Shown here piece by piece: positions 11,325 to 23,555 of a stretch of DNA of 64,000 nucleotides. The notes beneath the pieces were generated by a model, which saw only the letters and a list, made by a program, of their open reading frames with translations, made no database searches and was not told the DNA's origin. The translations under genes were made by a program, and so were the position numbers. The number at the start of each line of letters is the position of its first letter. Position 1 is the first letter of the stretch. The stretch is taken from contig ML996704.1 of assembly GCA_010356995.1 (NCBI GenBank), forward strand, positions 1 to 64,000, in the 5' to 3' direction. The stretch is from Trichodelitschia bisporula (taxonomy: Eukaryota).

Positions 11325-12936
11325 CTACATCATCCCCAACGCACTGCTCGCGGCGTAGGCCTGGGAGGGTTAGCGGCGTTACGGCGTGATAGCAGAATGA
11401 AGACTCACCATCGGCTTGATGGGCGGGTGTGGCACCGCTTCGAACTTGTGAAAATCAAGCTTGTAGTCGGAGCCGACGTTGATATAGGCGCCCTTATTTT
11501 CCGTGCTGTCGCAATACCGCGGTGCGGAGAAGACTGTTCATCAGCGTCGTCCGTAATCTCTCGCTCTTGCTGAACTTACCAGTGATACACCGGCCGTCGT
11601 GCTCCACCTCGTACCCCTCCATCCGCACCTCGTGGCTCCGAATCACCGCCTCCAAGCCGTTCCGCTCGCAGAAGCGCTTCGTCACATCCGGCCCAAACTG
11701 CATCCCGACGCCACGCTTGCTCGGCCCGCGACCCGGCTCCTTCTGCGGATCCGTCCAGAGCATCTCCATCATTAAGCCACTCTGCCCGGGCTGGCGCTGC
11801 TTGTGGCGGTTCAGCTTGCGGATGTCGTCGAGGCTGATGTCGTCGTCCGAGAACAGCCCTCCGTGCAGAACCAAGTATTTCTCCCCGATCAGTGTGGCGA
11901 GCGGCAGCGCCGAGAACGACTCTGAGAACACTTTGAACACCCGCTCCGAGTACTTGTGTTTGCACTCGCCCTCGAAGCCGTACATGCGGTTCATATCGTC
12001 CGTCTCGTGGTTGCCACGGTTCAGGAAGAAGGTCGTGGGGTATAGCATCTTGTACGCATACAACAGCAACGCAACCTCCGTGGACCAGCTGCCACGGTCG
12101 ACGAAATCGCCGTTGAAAAGATAGCCATGCGTCGGCGAGGGTCGGCCGCTGAGCCGGAAGATCTCGAGCAGGTCAAAGTATTGTCCATGCGTGTCGCCGC
12201 ACACCGTCAGCTTATGCCCTTCCTTCACAAACGTCTCCACCATAGTCGGCTCGTTGTATACCAAATCCTTAACCGCCAGGATGATCTGGTACACGTATTT
12301 ACGATGGATTTTCTTGCCGTTCTTGAACCGCTCGACCATATCGTCGATGAACTCGAGTGTCATCTCCTTCTCCAGCCGCACGCCGTCATAGTCCGCCTCG
12401 ACCGCCATGTGCTCGAGGTCCAGGCCCTCCGCCGCGGACGGTGCGTCACCGACCTCAATCGCCTTAAGGAAGGCATCGCGCTTGACGACTTTATTGCACT
12501 CGCTAAACTGCAGCTTCGCCTTCGCATCGTTCGGGTTCTTCTTCATCACAATCTTCCAGTCGCGGAGCGCGTCGTGGTGGCGAAGAATGGCCGTGTTAGC
12601 TACGGCACGGCGATAGAAGGCCTGCCCGTCAGCGACGACAGTGCACACTCAGAGCGACATACCTTGACGTTATCGGGATCTAGCTCAATCGCCTTGTCGG
12701 CATCGGCGACCGCCAGGCCGTACATCTCGAGCTTGATGTTCGCCTGCGGGGGTCAGTATGTCGCGTGCCGCCTCAGAAACGCAACCCACCTGTGCGCGGT
12801 TGGTATAGAAGGACGGCTCCTTGTCCCATTTTTCTATAGCTTGGGTATAGAAGGAGATAGCAGTCGGCCAGTCGTGATGCTTGAACGCCTCGTTGCCCTT
12901 CTCCTTGAGGGCGACGGCCTCTTCCTGTGCACTCAT
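11325..12936 (-). CDS. PPT1: TPR-containing Ser/Thr protein phosphatase 5
   Basis: N-terminal TPRs (LKEKGNEAFK...FYTNRAQ), PPP motifs GDTHGQ, GDFVDRG and RGNHE, and C-terminal HPPIKPMAY. Introns at 12744-12789, 12622-12662, 11534-11579 and 11361-11408. Confidence 0.95.
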
Positions 12937-13415
12937 AGTGGGGGCGGGTGCGGGGTGATCTCAGCAGTTGTCGGTGAGGATGTCAGAGACTCGAGATGAG
13001 ATACGACGTCTAAAATAGAATGAGAATCCCGGAAAGGTGATGAGTTCGTACTGTGGTATAGCGGACAGAGAGAGGCGAGTCAAGTGCCGTCAGTGTCGAA
13101 GGGTCGGAGGCGACGCACGGGCCTTCCGATGGTGGAAAGCCATCCGCTCAGGCCAAGCTTTTGCCCGTGAACCGCGGGCGTCTGGAACTTTGCCTCTTGC
13201 GGCGCGAGCTGGTTGACCTCACCTTTGTTTGCAACGACTGTCCACTCCAACGCTCCCGGTCTTGAAGACATTGCAGAGTCCGTCTCCTCGACTTCTGCAC
13301 ACAGCTTCACCCTCCGCCACGCACCACCTTTCATCAACCTCACTATTTCCATCAACCGTGACCCCATCTCCCATCTGCCTCTCCCGCCTCTATCCCCGAC
13401 TCTTCCATAAGCACC

Positions 13416-13850
13416 ATGGCCATGGATCACTCCACACACTTCATGTCCGGCATGCGCAACCTGCGTGCGTGCATGGTCTGCTCCATCATCCTTCCCCAAG
13501 CGGTACGTTCACCAACTGCTCCAGCTCCCCGCTAATCCCCGCAGGAGTTCAACAGCCGTGGCTGCCCGAACTGCGAGACCGTCCTCCAGCTGCGCGGTTC
13601 ACCGGAGACAGTCAACGAGTGCACCTCCTCCAACTACAGCGGCATCCTCGCTCTCACCAACCCAGCGCGCTCCTGGGCCGCGAAGTGGCAGCGTCTGGAC
13701 GGCTACGTTCAGGGCATGTACGCGATCCAGGTCATTGGCGTACTGCCGGACGACATGATTGAGAGCCTGGAGGCTGCGGGGATTCGCTACGTGCCGCGCG
13801 ACGGATCGAGGGATGATGAGGCAGACGGTGAGCGGGATACATTGGGCTGA
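13416..13850 (+). CDS. SPT4: Transcription elongation factor Spt4
   Basis: Not in the ORF track as one piece. After removing intron 13503-13544 it reads LRACMVCSII...GCPNCE...CTSSNYSG...SWAAKWQRLDGYVQGMYA...YVPRDGS, with the two CxxC zinc knuckles of Spt4. Confidence 0.95.
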
Positions 13851-14016
13851 GAGGCTGGTTGCGTATTTGGTTGGAGTTAGGCTTTGTTGCTGGTGCTGGC
13901 GTTGTTCCGTGGAAAAGGGATTAGCGTTGCTTCGTGGGATGCTCCCATTTATGCCGGCTGGATATGGCGTTGGTGATGGTGTGTCCAACTTTCCGTATCA
14001 AACTGTTCGTTTGCAC

Positions 14017-16850
14017 TAGCGTCGTCTGCTTTCAGGATCTCGTGCCCCAGCCTCGTGAGCTCTACATCAGAGACATGTTGACTAATCATCGGCCAGAGCT
14101 GACGTAGCGGCCCATCCCCAAACAGGTGCGCTACTAGGTGCGGAATTGAGTCCGCCTTCTTATTCACAGATCTTATGCTGGCGGGCGCGTAAAAAAAAAA
14201 TTTCTCATACAACCGCAGCCCTCATCAAAACTAGCCACGAGGCACATGCTGTGGCATCACAACAAGCGATCCAGCACAGTACAGCTCAGTACAATGCTCA
14301 ACTCTATTTTGCTATTAATCCCATCCAGCGGGGTATCTTATCAGTTGACCATGTGGGAGACCTGCGCGAGATCCTGCATCATTGATATCGGCCATTTCTT
14401 TTCCACCTACCCATATGGGTCAAACTAGTACAGCTGGCATTGACCATTGACATCCATCTGCAGTCACTCCATTAATATCTGCTGTCAACTCGTTGAGGTT
14501 CCACACTCTGATCCGAGCTCTTCGGCTCTCCCCCGTGGTCGTCAACTAAGTGCCCAAATTAGAACCCTTTGAAAAGCCCCGCGCAATATCAGCCAGAATT
14601 AAGCAGTGGCGGATCTGGTGGCTGAACGTGGTCGATATCGCGGACCGCTTGCTGTATTCTGCTTCTTACTTCCGTACCCAGCTGTGTTCATAATCTTCCC
14701 GTCCCCTGCGCGTTCACTGCCCTAGTCCACTTTCTGTACCCGTTCAGTCGATCTCGTCTTTCAATCTCAACCTACTTGTGAATTCTGTCCAAGCGCAGCG
14801 GCCTCTCGCCTACGTATAGTATTCACAATAGTTACCACACGCACCAGCGCGCTTAACGGACCTCGGCGTTTGCGCCCAATATGTCCGACAATTAAGCATG
14901 TTAGAATCGCCGCATTGGGCCGAATATGCCCTTCAGTTTTGGTCCCGGGATTCAACGCTGACGATCTGTAAAACCTCAACCACTGATCAACCAAGACTGC
15001 GAAAGTCTGCCGGCCACAAGGCTTCCATGTCGAGAATGCATCGGGACGGTCCGACGCCGATTGAGCCCTGTAAAGCGCAGTCGAAGATGAAAGCATGTAT
15101 CGAGTAGTAAAACCTGAATCGACGCTGACTACAGCCAAGAACTGTCAGTTCTCGCTTCGTGAAGCTGTTGGTTCTGGGCTGCTGACGAACACCAGGCACA
15201 GAGTCGGCGCCGGCAACACTCAAGGATTTGCAAGCGAGGCAGAGGTTGGGCGAAGATTCTGATCCGAGCTTCATTATCTCTAGTCCTCGGTCCTTATGCG
15301 CGTATCGGGTTCCTGCCTGCATTCAGATGGCTGTGCGTTCCCGATGCTGCTCATATCCATAGTACGTATCTGCGGGCAACCCAACGTAAATGTTCATTCG
15401 TGGTGTATTTCATTGAATACCTTGTGGCAGATGCTCATTCTTCGGGGTGAACAAACTAGATTGCACATGAGGACAGGAAAGTCGGTCATCAATTGTCTGA
15501 TATTGGAGAAAGTAGGAGAGTCTATGCTGCCATTCAAGGCAAGGAAATAAGTGAAGGGCTTGGTCGATCTACGTGACCGATACACATATCTAGCGTCGCC
15601 ACCAGCCAGCATATCACCGTAAATTATAAGGTACAGCGTGTTTGATACCAAAAGAATTCGCTGAACACCAAGGCTGACCGTGAAGCCTTGGCTGGGTTTG
15701 CGCAGCGTCGTAGTATCATCGAGAAGAGCAATTCCAAGCAACTGCAAGCAGTGTATTTCTTGGGAGGACGAGGTATGCTCAGCGGGCATTCGAAGGATGG
15801 AGCTCACGGTTTGAGCGCCCAACTTGCTGTCAATGTTTTCTCTTCGAGCAAAGATGGTGGTCGTTGCACTGGATACGTTAGCAAAAGTTTTTACAAGGAA
15901 TAGCATCCTAGACGGAACCTACTCGGGCAGGCACGACTGTAGACGTTGCCAAAGCTTTGACGTGGCGTTGAGGCTAGTGGCGACATTGGTGTTGGCTCGT
16001 CATCGAAGTTCGGCATGGATGACGTTGTCTTCACGATCCGAGCGGGTAGGCAGCAACGCACCTTCTTCTTGCTCTCAGCTACAACTCACCACATCAGCAG
16101 CACATATCCGCTGCTGCACCAAATAGCCTAGCTTCATCAGCACACCATGCAGCCTCTGGCACCATTCCTCGTCCCCAGCAGCCCACAAAGAAGTATCATC
16201 GCCGATCCCAACGGCCTCTCCCTCGAGAGCAACATGCAAGGCACTGCCAGAGCCATGGGAAATGTACAGTCGCAAGATCACGGCGAAGGCACCCTGTAAC
16301 AACCCAACCCCCTAGTGGCTCGCAATATTCGACAGCGGACAGAGTTGAATCGTTCCAACCAGCTGGATAGCGAATCCGAAGCGCAGAAAGCGACAGCCAG
16401 GTCAAGGTGATGCAGCAGTGTCAAAGGTGAATGGTTGGTCGGATGGAAATACGTTGGGAACGGTTGAGAACTGCTGGTCGATGAAGACTGAGCAGGCCCT
16501 GACTGGACTGGCCGTCACTGGCCATATCAGCTCACCGGCGGGCGGGTTGGTGACCAGCCTCCAGCTCCTCCCAAGCACATGGGAGGCGCAAAAAACAGCC
16601 TTACACTCCCCTAGCGTAGTGGAAGCACAAGCTCACCACGATTTCCCCGCACGTTCGCCGCAATTGTGTGCCTCAGTTCCTGTCTGCAGATTCCCCCGAA
16701 GCCAAGCGGCTGACAGCGGTCTGCATCCCGTCCTCCCCGACATCATCAGCCTGCTGCAGCAGCAACCCAGTTTCACCACGAGCTCCAGGCGCCCGGAATG
16801 CAGGCCGAACTTCCGCCGCCTGCCGAAGTCGGGCAATATGCTTTCATGAC
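14017..16850 (-). pseudogene. Possible decayed or lineage-specific spliced gene (unidentified)
   Basis: Visibly lower GC than the flanking genes. One canonical minus-strand intron at 15869-15922 (GTAGGT...GCTAAC...CAG) follows an ATG at 16016. Several short protein-like minus-strand fragments are broken by stops. No recognisable family. Confidence 0.2.
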
Positions 16851-19800
16851 GTTAGGGCAGCCTTGCGCTATGAAATCCGTCCGCAACATCTAGGTCCGCC
16901 CGCAGACTTCGTGACTGCCCAGACGCCTCCACCGGTTCGTTGACCTCCCACCACTTCATCGGGAGCCGAAACGAGTACGACCAAATCACCGGAGACATTA
17001 GACTCGTCGGTCCCGACCCTCGAGGGCCTCAAACACGCTGCGCCGCTCATCTTCTAGATGTAACTCAGTCAGGTGACTTGGTTCCGCTAAACGGAGTAGG
17101 TGTTCCGGTGAGGTGGAAGTGGGCGACGGGGGGCGAGCAGCGAAGCCGGGGATGGGAAAGCATTGTGAGGTTCAAATCCCACGGCTCATGCGAATGGGAC
17201 GCAAATGGGATGCAAATGCACCTGAGAAAATACGCCTGATGATGGTGACCTGATGCCAACGATGCGAGGTGGCTGGGAGTAGAGTCGGCTAGCCGGTACG
17301 GAGGCTGGGTCGGCAGACCGGCCGGGACGGCAGACGGCCGGGAAGAAGCAGTTCCGAGGACCCCGGCAGGGCAAATTGGCAGTGACGACCTGCTGCAGTC
17401 AGTAAGGATCAGTTCCAATGGCATGGTCAACGAATGGCCAACGGCACATCAAGTCCTTGGCCAATTCTCGTCACCCATTCTCGTGCCTATTCTCGTGCCC
17501 CATTATTGTCTCCCCGTCGACCAATTCCAAATCAGTCCAGCATCAGCTCCAGCTCCAGCTGATCGTCGACGCAAACGTCAACACGACGTGCCCTCCCTGC
17601 TCACGTCTCCCTGCACTCGGACCCTGCCGTCCTGCTCATGTTCTCTCCCTTGCTCTCCCACAGTACGTACCGCGAGTCAGCGCGGCAATCAATTTAGGCG
17701 CTGAGGCACGAATATCCGGTCGCGGCTCTTATTAACCCTCAGGCGAAGCTGTCAATGTCAAAGTCACGGGTCGTGCACGCGCATGACTTGCGATCTGGAG
17801 AGGGCGCAAATCTGGCCTCAATTCACCATCCCGGCCGTGTCCCGGGATTTCCCAGCGCCCCGCCCGCTCTGTCGCCATCCCCGTCGGCGATCGCGGCTGA
17901 CAAGTGACAGTCTTTAGGCTGCCCGAAGTAATCATTTGGGCGGCTGCTGGGCAAATGGCAGGGCGCGCGGGTCGGCTAAACCAGTCGGAAGGGCTGCGCG
18001 CCAATATGGTACGCGCTCGACGTTGCTAAACACTTCTTCTGGGGCGGGCCGAAACGGTGACGCGAGAGGCTGGGGTCATGGTTTGCGAGATCTGTCGAGG
18101 GCACAGGGCCGAGTCGCATCTAGTCGTCTCAACGGCCCGTCGGCGACTCGTTGGACGCTGGGTGTCTCGATTGGGGACGGCGTCGCTGCTCGTCTGGTCG
18201 CTGGTCTAGTCGTCTAGTTCTTGTCTCAGCTTCACGCAGCAGCCTCAAGTTGAGCCTCTTCGTCTCCTCGACACTCCGCATAGCAGGGCCGCGCAGCCAG
18301 ATTGCAGCTTCAAATTCAATTACACCAACGAACACTGCCGGGAGAGATCGGCGCCGCCACGATGCGAGTCGCCGTGCGAGGCTGGTGACAAATGACGCAG
18401 AAATCGCTGCATGGGATTTTCGCATTTGGTGGATTTTGCTGATGCTGGCCCTGCTGACCGCTGGGGATGAATTTTGTCAATTTTCTTTCTGCCTTGCTCG
18501 TTTCCCGGTCTGTCGCTCGAGTACCTGTTACATCCAACCCCAGATACGGACGGCCGTTTCAACTTTCGTTTCTTCGGCGCCGGCCGAGGGCAGGGAGTTC
18601 GCTCCCATGTCGCTACGGGGCTTGTCGCGCCCTCGAGGCGCCTTCTCGAAGGCACATCGTTTTCCACGGCCTCGGCGATCGGTGCGACGTCGTGGCTTGC
18701 TTGCGTCAGGTGGGCCGTCGGACTCGCGATGCCCCGTGCTGCACCACACGGGCGTCTCGCGAGGTACATTGTGCAGAGCATGCTGTACAGAGCGTGTCAA
18801 GTACAAGTACAAAAATCATCAACCCGGAGTCCCCGGCGCGTAACTTACTCTCGTCCGCCGCTCAAGAGCCCTCGGCGGGCGCGTCGCCGTCGATTGGCGC
18901 GTACACGCGCCCCGTATCCAATCGGGCTCGGCGTCAAGGAGCGGGCGGCTCTTCGCGCGCAAGGCGTCTGGGGGTAGTTCGCGTAAGGAACATGTTGAGG
19001 GTCACGAGGGTGTTCGTTCAGTAGATATCCCGTTTGGTCGCGGACGAGCCTCCCGTCCCCACCCCCGGCCAAAGAAGCTCGAGATGCGGCGCATAAACCA
19101 AACACGCTCTCGTCTCGCCTTGTTACCCGAAAGTCTTGACGAAGAATCAGCGACAGCGACGGTTGCCACAGCGTGCCAGAGTGCCTGGCCGTCTGCTAGA
19201 TACAAGGTCGAGCCCTGCCAGTTGCTGCTGGCCGGGGGGGTGCATTTTGCGGAGGCGTTGGCCGGCCTAAGGAGTGTGAGGCTGGGGAAAGTGACAACTC
19301 TGGGATGGAGGGGGGCTGGTGGACACAGAAGGGGATTTCCGGGATTGCAGATTTCTACTAGGTGGAGGGTGGAAAGGAGTACCTTGATACTGACTAACAC
19401 TGAGTGAGTGACCGAGGACGAGAGAGCAAAGAGAGAGTCACTCTGCTGAAGCCTCAAGGTCTCCCCCATTTCTCCAAGCCGCCTTTGCAGGGGGTCCCCC
19501 ACCCGCACAGGGTAGATGTTCCGTGGGGCTTCCCTGGTGAGCTTGGACTCATCGGGACAAGGGCGTTGCGCCATCATCGCTGCTAGGGGGAGTGAGGGGG
19601 GGGGGGAAGGTAGAGGCTTGAGGCGCTGTATTGGGCGCTGTAGGGAGTGCTGGGGAGGAACTTCACAGGCTGTTCAGTCTCTCTACACCAGGTCATCTTG
19701 CGGGTCTTTAGGGGGTACCCTCTGGAAGAGGCGCTCAATGGCGGTAGATGGCGCTATTCGTTCGTTGTCGAACGCTGTTGACGACTACTAGCCACCATCG

Positions 19801-21058
19801 TCGTGCACACGCTGCTGACTGGAAATAGACGACAGACGCTGAACCCACTCTACAAACCTACTCCACCACCTCCACAGGACGACGTCGACAGTATAGACAA
19901 CAGAAGCATGCAAAGTACACACGAAGTACCTGGTACCTCAGCTTCCTCTGAATTTCTTCCCCCAGTGCCGCTTCATCATCAGTACCCACTGGCCACCGGC
20001 CCACTCACCGGAAACACCCTTACGGAGATTTACCAGCAAATCTCCCGGTCTAAAATCACCCCTCACTTCCATACCACCACCAACTTCAATCCTCCTCCAC
20101 CATCAACAACCACCAAACCACCCCATGACCCCGCCCTTTGCTATATTGCCAACATCCATCCTTTCACTACTCAAACCCGGTCCAAAGTACCGTGGTACTT
20201 ATCGCGACACCTGTTCTGCTCGACGCGCCCAGTTAGATGGTGGCGGCACTAGCTATATGCACGCAATCCCTTGGAGGTGCATTCGGCCCATGCAATTTCC
20301 AGAGAGCTGCATCACTCACTACTTTTCCGCACACACACGCTCACACAATCCTCTCACCTTTCTCCAGCATTCTCATTCTCTTCTTGCTTGTCGGCCTACC
20401 GACCTCCCACCCCCCCGTCCCTTCCCCTCCCCTCTTCCACCCCCCCCCCCCAATCCTCCCCACCCTTCCTCCCCCCCCAAGGCCCAGGTCCTTTTCTTTG
20501 TTCCTCCGCAGTCTACACCCCAAAGGCCCCAAGCAGCCTTTCAATGGCAGCTCTGCTCCATTCGCAGCTCTGTCTTCTTCCAGCCGCTGCTCCAGCTACC
20601 TGCGCGTCATGACCGTTGCAGCCTTTCCTTTGCTGCCCGCCGAACCCGCCGCCGAACCGCCATCGGAGTCCAACTATCATCCTTTCGTTCTCCCGTTTTA
20701 GAGCTCTGCCCAGTATAACCCAGTACCACTCGATTTCTTCCCCTCGTTTAGCTACATCTTGTCAAACGTTTCTTGCTGCGTTTCTCAAATCATTCAGCCC
20801 CTCGACTGGTCCCCGTGGTCACCAGCGTCAACAGTCACCCCCACCCGCCTCCTCGAACCCCCCCCCCATCCCCCACCCCATCAAAATACCACCACCATCA
20901 CTACCCGCCTTCGCGCCGGCGGTACCGCGCGCATTCTGATGCTCTTGGGCGCGAAGTCGCATTGTCTTCTTGTCCCTCCCTCTGTACTTCTTCCACTTCC
21001 CTTCCCCGGCTGTACATTCGCTCTGCCTGGGTCTCTCCTTCTTTCCCGCTCCCTCGCC

Positions 21059-22164
21059 ATGTTCCCCGCTAGTCAACAAGACACGCGGGAAAGGCCGTGG
21101 GACGAAAATGAAATAGTCAGTATCACCGCGTTCACGTTCCCCAGTCCTCGGGCTCCCCAAAACTCAAAATTAACATCGGCAGGTTCACCTCGCCTCTGAG
21201 ATCCTCCGGACTTCCTCGGTGTCGCGGAGCGCAAGCGAGATCCTCTTTGACCGCATACGCAGCGACCGCATCGAGCCGAACTGGGAGGACCTGGTACTTC
21301 CTAATGGTGAGATCAGTCAAGCTTCCAGCCTCCCCCAACCGACGCAGTTACTGATGCGCCAAAGCAGGCCGCACTGTTCGATCATGTCAAAACGTATTCT
21401 CGCAGCGCACCAGGACGCCGCGCTCTGCTCCGCTCACTGCGTCCATCATGCCCGCGGCCTCCTCGTCCGAGACTCGCCCGCCCAAACGCCCCCTCCCCAG
21501 CGACACCTACATGCCGACCGGCCGCCGGCCCATCGCCCCCAAGTCGGCCCCCACCTTTCCGCCGCCGCCCGGTGACCCTCGCTTTTCGCACACCTACCCC
21601 TCTCAGCCACCGCAGTCGCCGCTCGCCGACCCCACGCCCGCTCTTGGCGAGCCCCGCAAGAAGCGCGGCCGGCCGACAAAAAAAGAGGCGGAAGAGCGCA
21701 AGCGCCAACAGGCCGAGGAGTTGCGCGCACGCTCCGAGTTCCAGCAGTCCTCGTCCCTGTCCTATCCACCGCAACAGCCGTTGGCACAGACCCCTCTGGA
21801 ACCGTATTCTGTCCCGCCCGGAACTCCAGGCCCCACTTCGTCGACGCCTCAAATACCGCCGCCAGAGGAGACTTCCGGCGGTTCAAACGGGAAACGGCGT
21901 CGCGGGCGTCCAGCGAAGCATCCACCAGAGGAGGCGCCGCCGAGGTTTGACCCCCGACGTGAGAGCCTGCTGCAACAGCCAACAGGGTACGATTCCCCGC
22001 CCCGGGATCGCAGGGCGTCGGTTTCGACGCGCTCAGAGACGACACGTACGCCGCTTGTGGGAGGGCCGGCACTGACGGCGGCCAGGGAGAGTGATGAAGA
22101 GGCGAGAGGAATGAGGAGCCGGACGTGGAACGATACGGTTATGGGAGAGAGAGATGTGAAATGA
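21059..22164 (+). CDS. Fungal AT-hook DNA-binding protein with small N-terminal helical domain
   Basis: Introns at 21116-21182 and 21307-21367 give MFPASQQDTRERPWDENEIVHLASEIL...PNWEDLVLPNGRTVRSC... in frame with the 21448-22164 ORF. AT-hooks at KKRGRPTKK and RRRGRPAK. Confidence 0.8.
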
Positions 22165-23399
22165 TGAGGAGACGGAAGTGGTGATGAGAGGGAGAATTAA
22201 TGGGGAGATGGAGATGATTATAAGATGCAGATATGGTGAGACAGATGATTATGAGATGGAGAATGGTGAAGAGCGGATATGATGATCAGACCGAGAAATG
22301 GCGAGGAGACGGAGAACGACAACGACGCTGTAATCATGGCGCTACAAGCCCGGCGCAAGTCACGACGGCGGTCTTTTGCAACATTCGAGGCGTTTTACAT
22401 TTCGACGGCACGATGCTATTTCACGTAGTCACGACGACACCCTCTTTTTTCCCTTCGCAACGATACCATGATGCGTCACCAAAAAAAGGAGCGATGTATG
22501 GCCGTCACCGCATTTGTTTTTATACCTGGGTTTTTCCTTTTCCTCTCATAATATGTTCTGGCATCTTGTCTGTGTTGTATTTCTAATGTTTTATGTACCA
22601 ACAGTCACGGCAGCTGCCCATCTCCCCGAGATGCGGCCAAATGTATATTAGTGCGTGTGCGCACCTCGCGACAAGAAGAGACGGAGTTTATTTCCGGTGC
22701 GGAAATGGGGAGACACTTCGAGCACGGAACCCGGCTGTTGCGCCGGTGATTATGTCCATATGTACTCATATTAACTCGTGGGGAGAATAGACTGGCAGTT
22801 GGCAGCATCAGCATTCCGCGAAAGGAGCATCATTTGAAGAGCGATCTCGCAAGGCGGGAACGTGGCCTCCACGTTCTTACATACCCCGGTTTCCGGCCGG
22901 CCCGCGCGTTTCATGGCAGCACTGCCTGCGTAACCCGGTTGCGAGGGCTAGGGCGGCTGGGCCGCTGTGCGACGAGATCGGGTTGCGATCACTTTGTGCG
23001 AGGATCGCTTGATCTTTACGAGGTGTGCTCGGTTCCTCAGTGAAGATAACGCTGAGTGTGAGGATTGTGGAACCCCCACCCCACGGTCCTCTCCCTTTGG
23101 CAAGCGGGTTTCCGCAGCGTTTCCCGCCCACGTCAAGTCTCCAGCGGCTGGGAAAAGAAATAGCAGCGGCACACGCGGTAGGGCAGTCTTCGCTAAGCAT
23201 CTTGGCTGGCCTCATTTCGCGAATGTGTTCTGTGGCCCTTCTATGCTAATTTCAACGCGATGCGGATCATGGATAGGCACTCCTGCCGGAGCTGCTAGGG
23301 CGGCTTATTTTGTCAAACCCGCCGCGGCTCGTAGGGCTCCTGAGCCGCATGCTCGTGTTCATGGGCCGCGCTTGGAGCGTGCAGCGTTTGGCGCGGCTC

Positions 23400-23555
23400 C
23401 GCTGATGTAGAGACAAGGAGCATTGCTAGACAAGAAGGAACAAGGAACATGATGTAATGTGCGCATGGTGGGAGGAAAGAACATATGAGGTACTTGGCAT
23501 TAACAGTGTATTTAGTCTCGAGAATCTCTTCCCCTCTCCTCTTCCTCGTCTTCTA
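23400..23555 (+). repeat. Dispersed repeat, solo copy of the element at 59.8-60.1 kb
   Basis: AAGGAACATGATGTAATGTGCGCATG is identical at about 23442 and 59999. Similarity extends through GGAGGAAA...TACTTGGCAT...TTTAGT and a CT-rich tail. Confidence 0.8.

Noticed and set aside
17165..17190. GGTTCAAATCCC, resembling a tRNA T-loop / Pol III B-box
   Set aside because: No acceptor, D or anticodon stems could be built upstream, so no tRNA is called.
17700..20950. Numerous overlapping 100-230 aa ORFs on both strands
   Set aside because: Arg/Pro/Ser-rich, with no motifs or consistent splice structure. Expected by chance at high GC.
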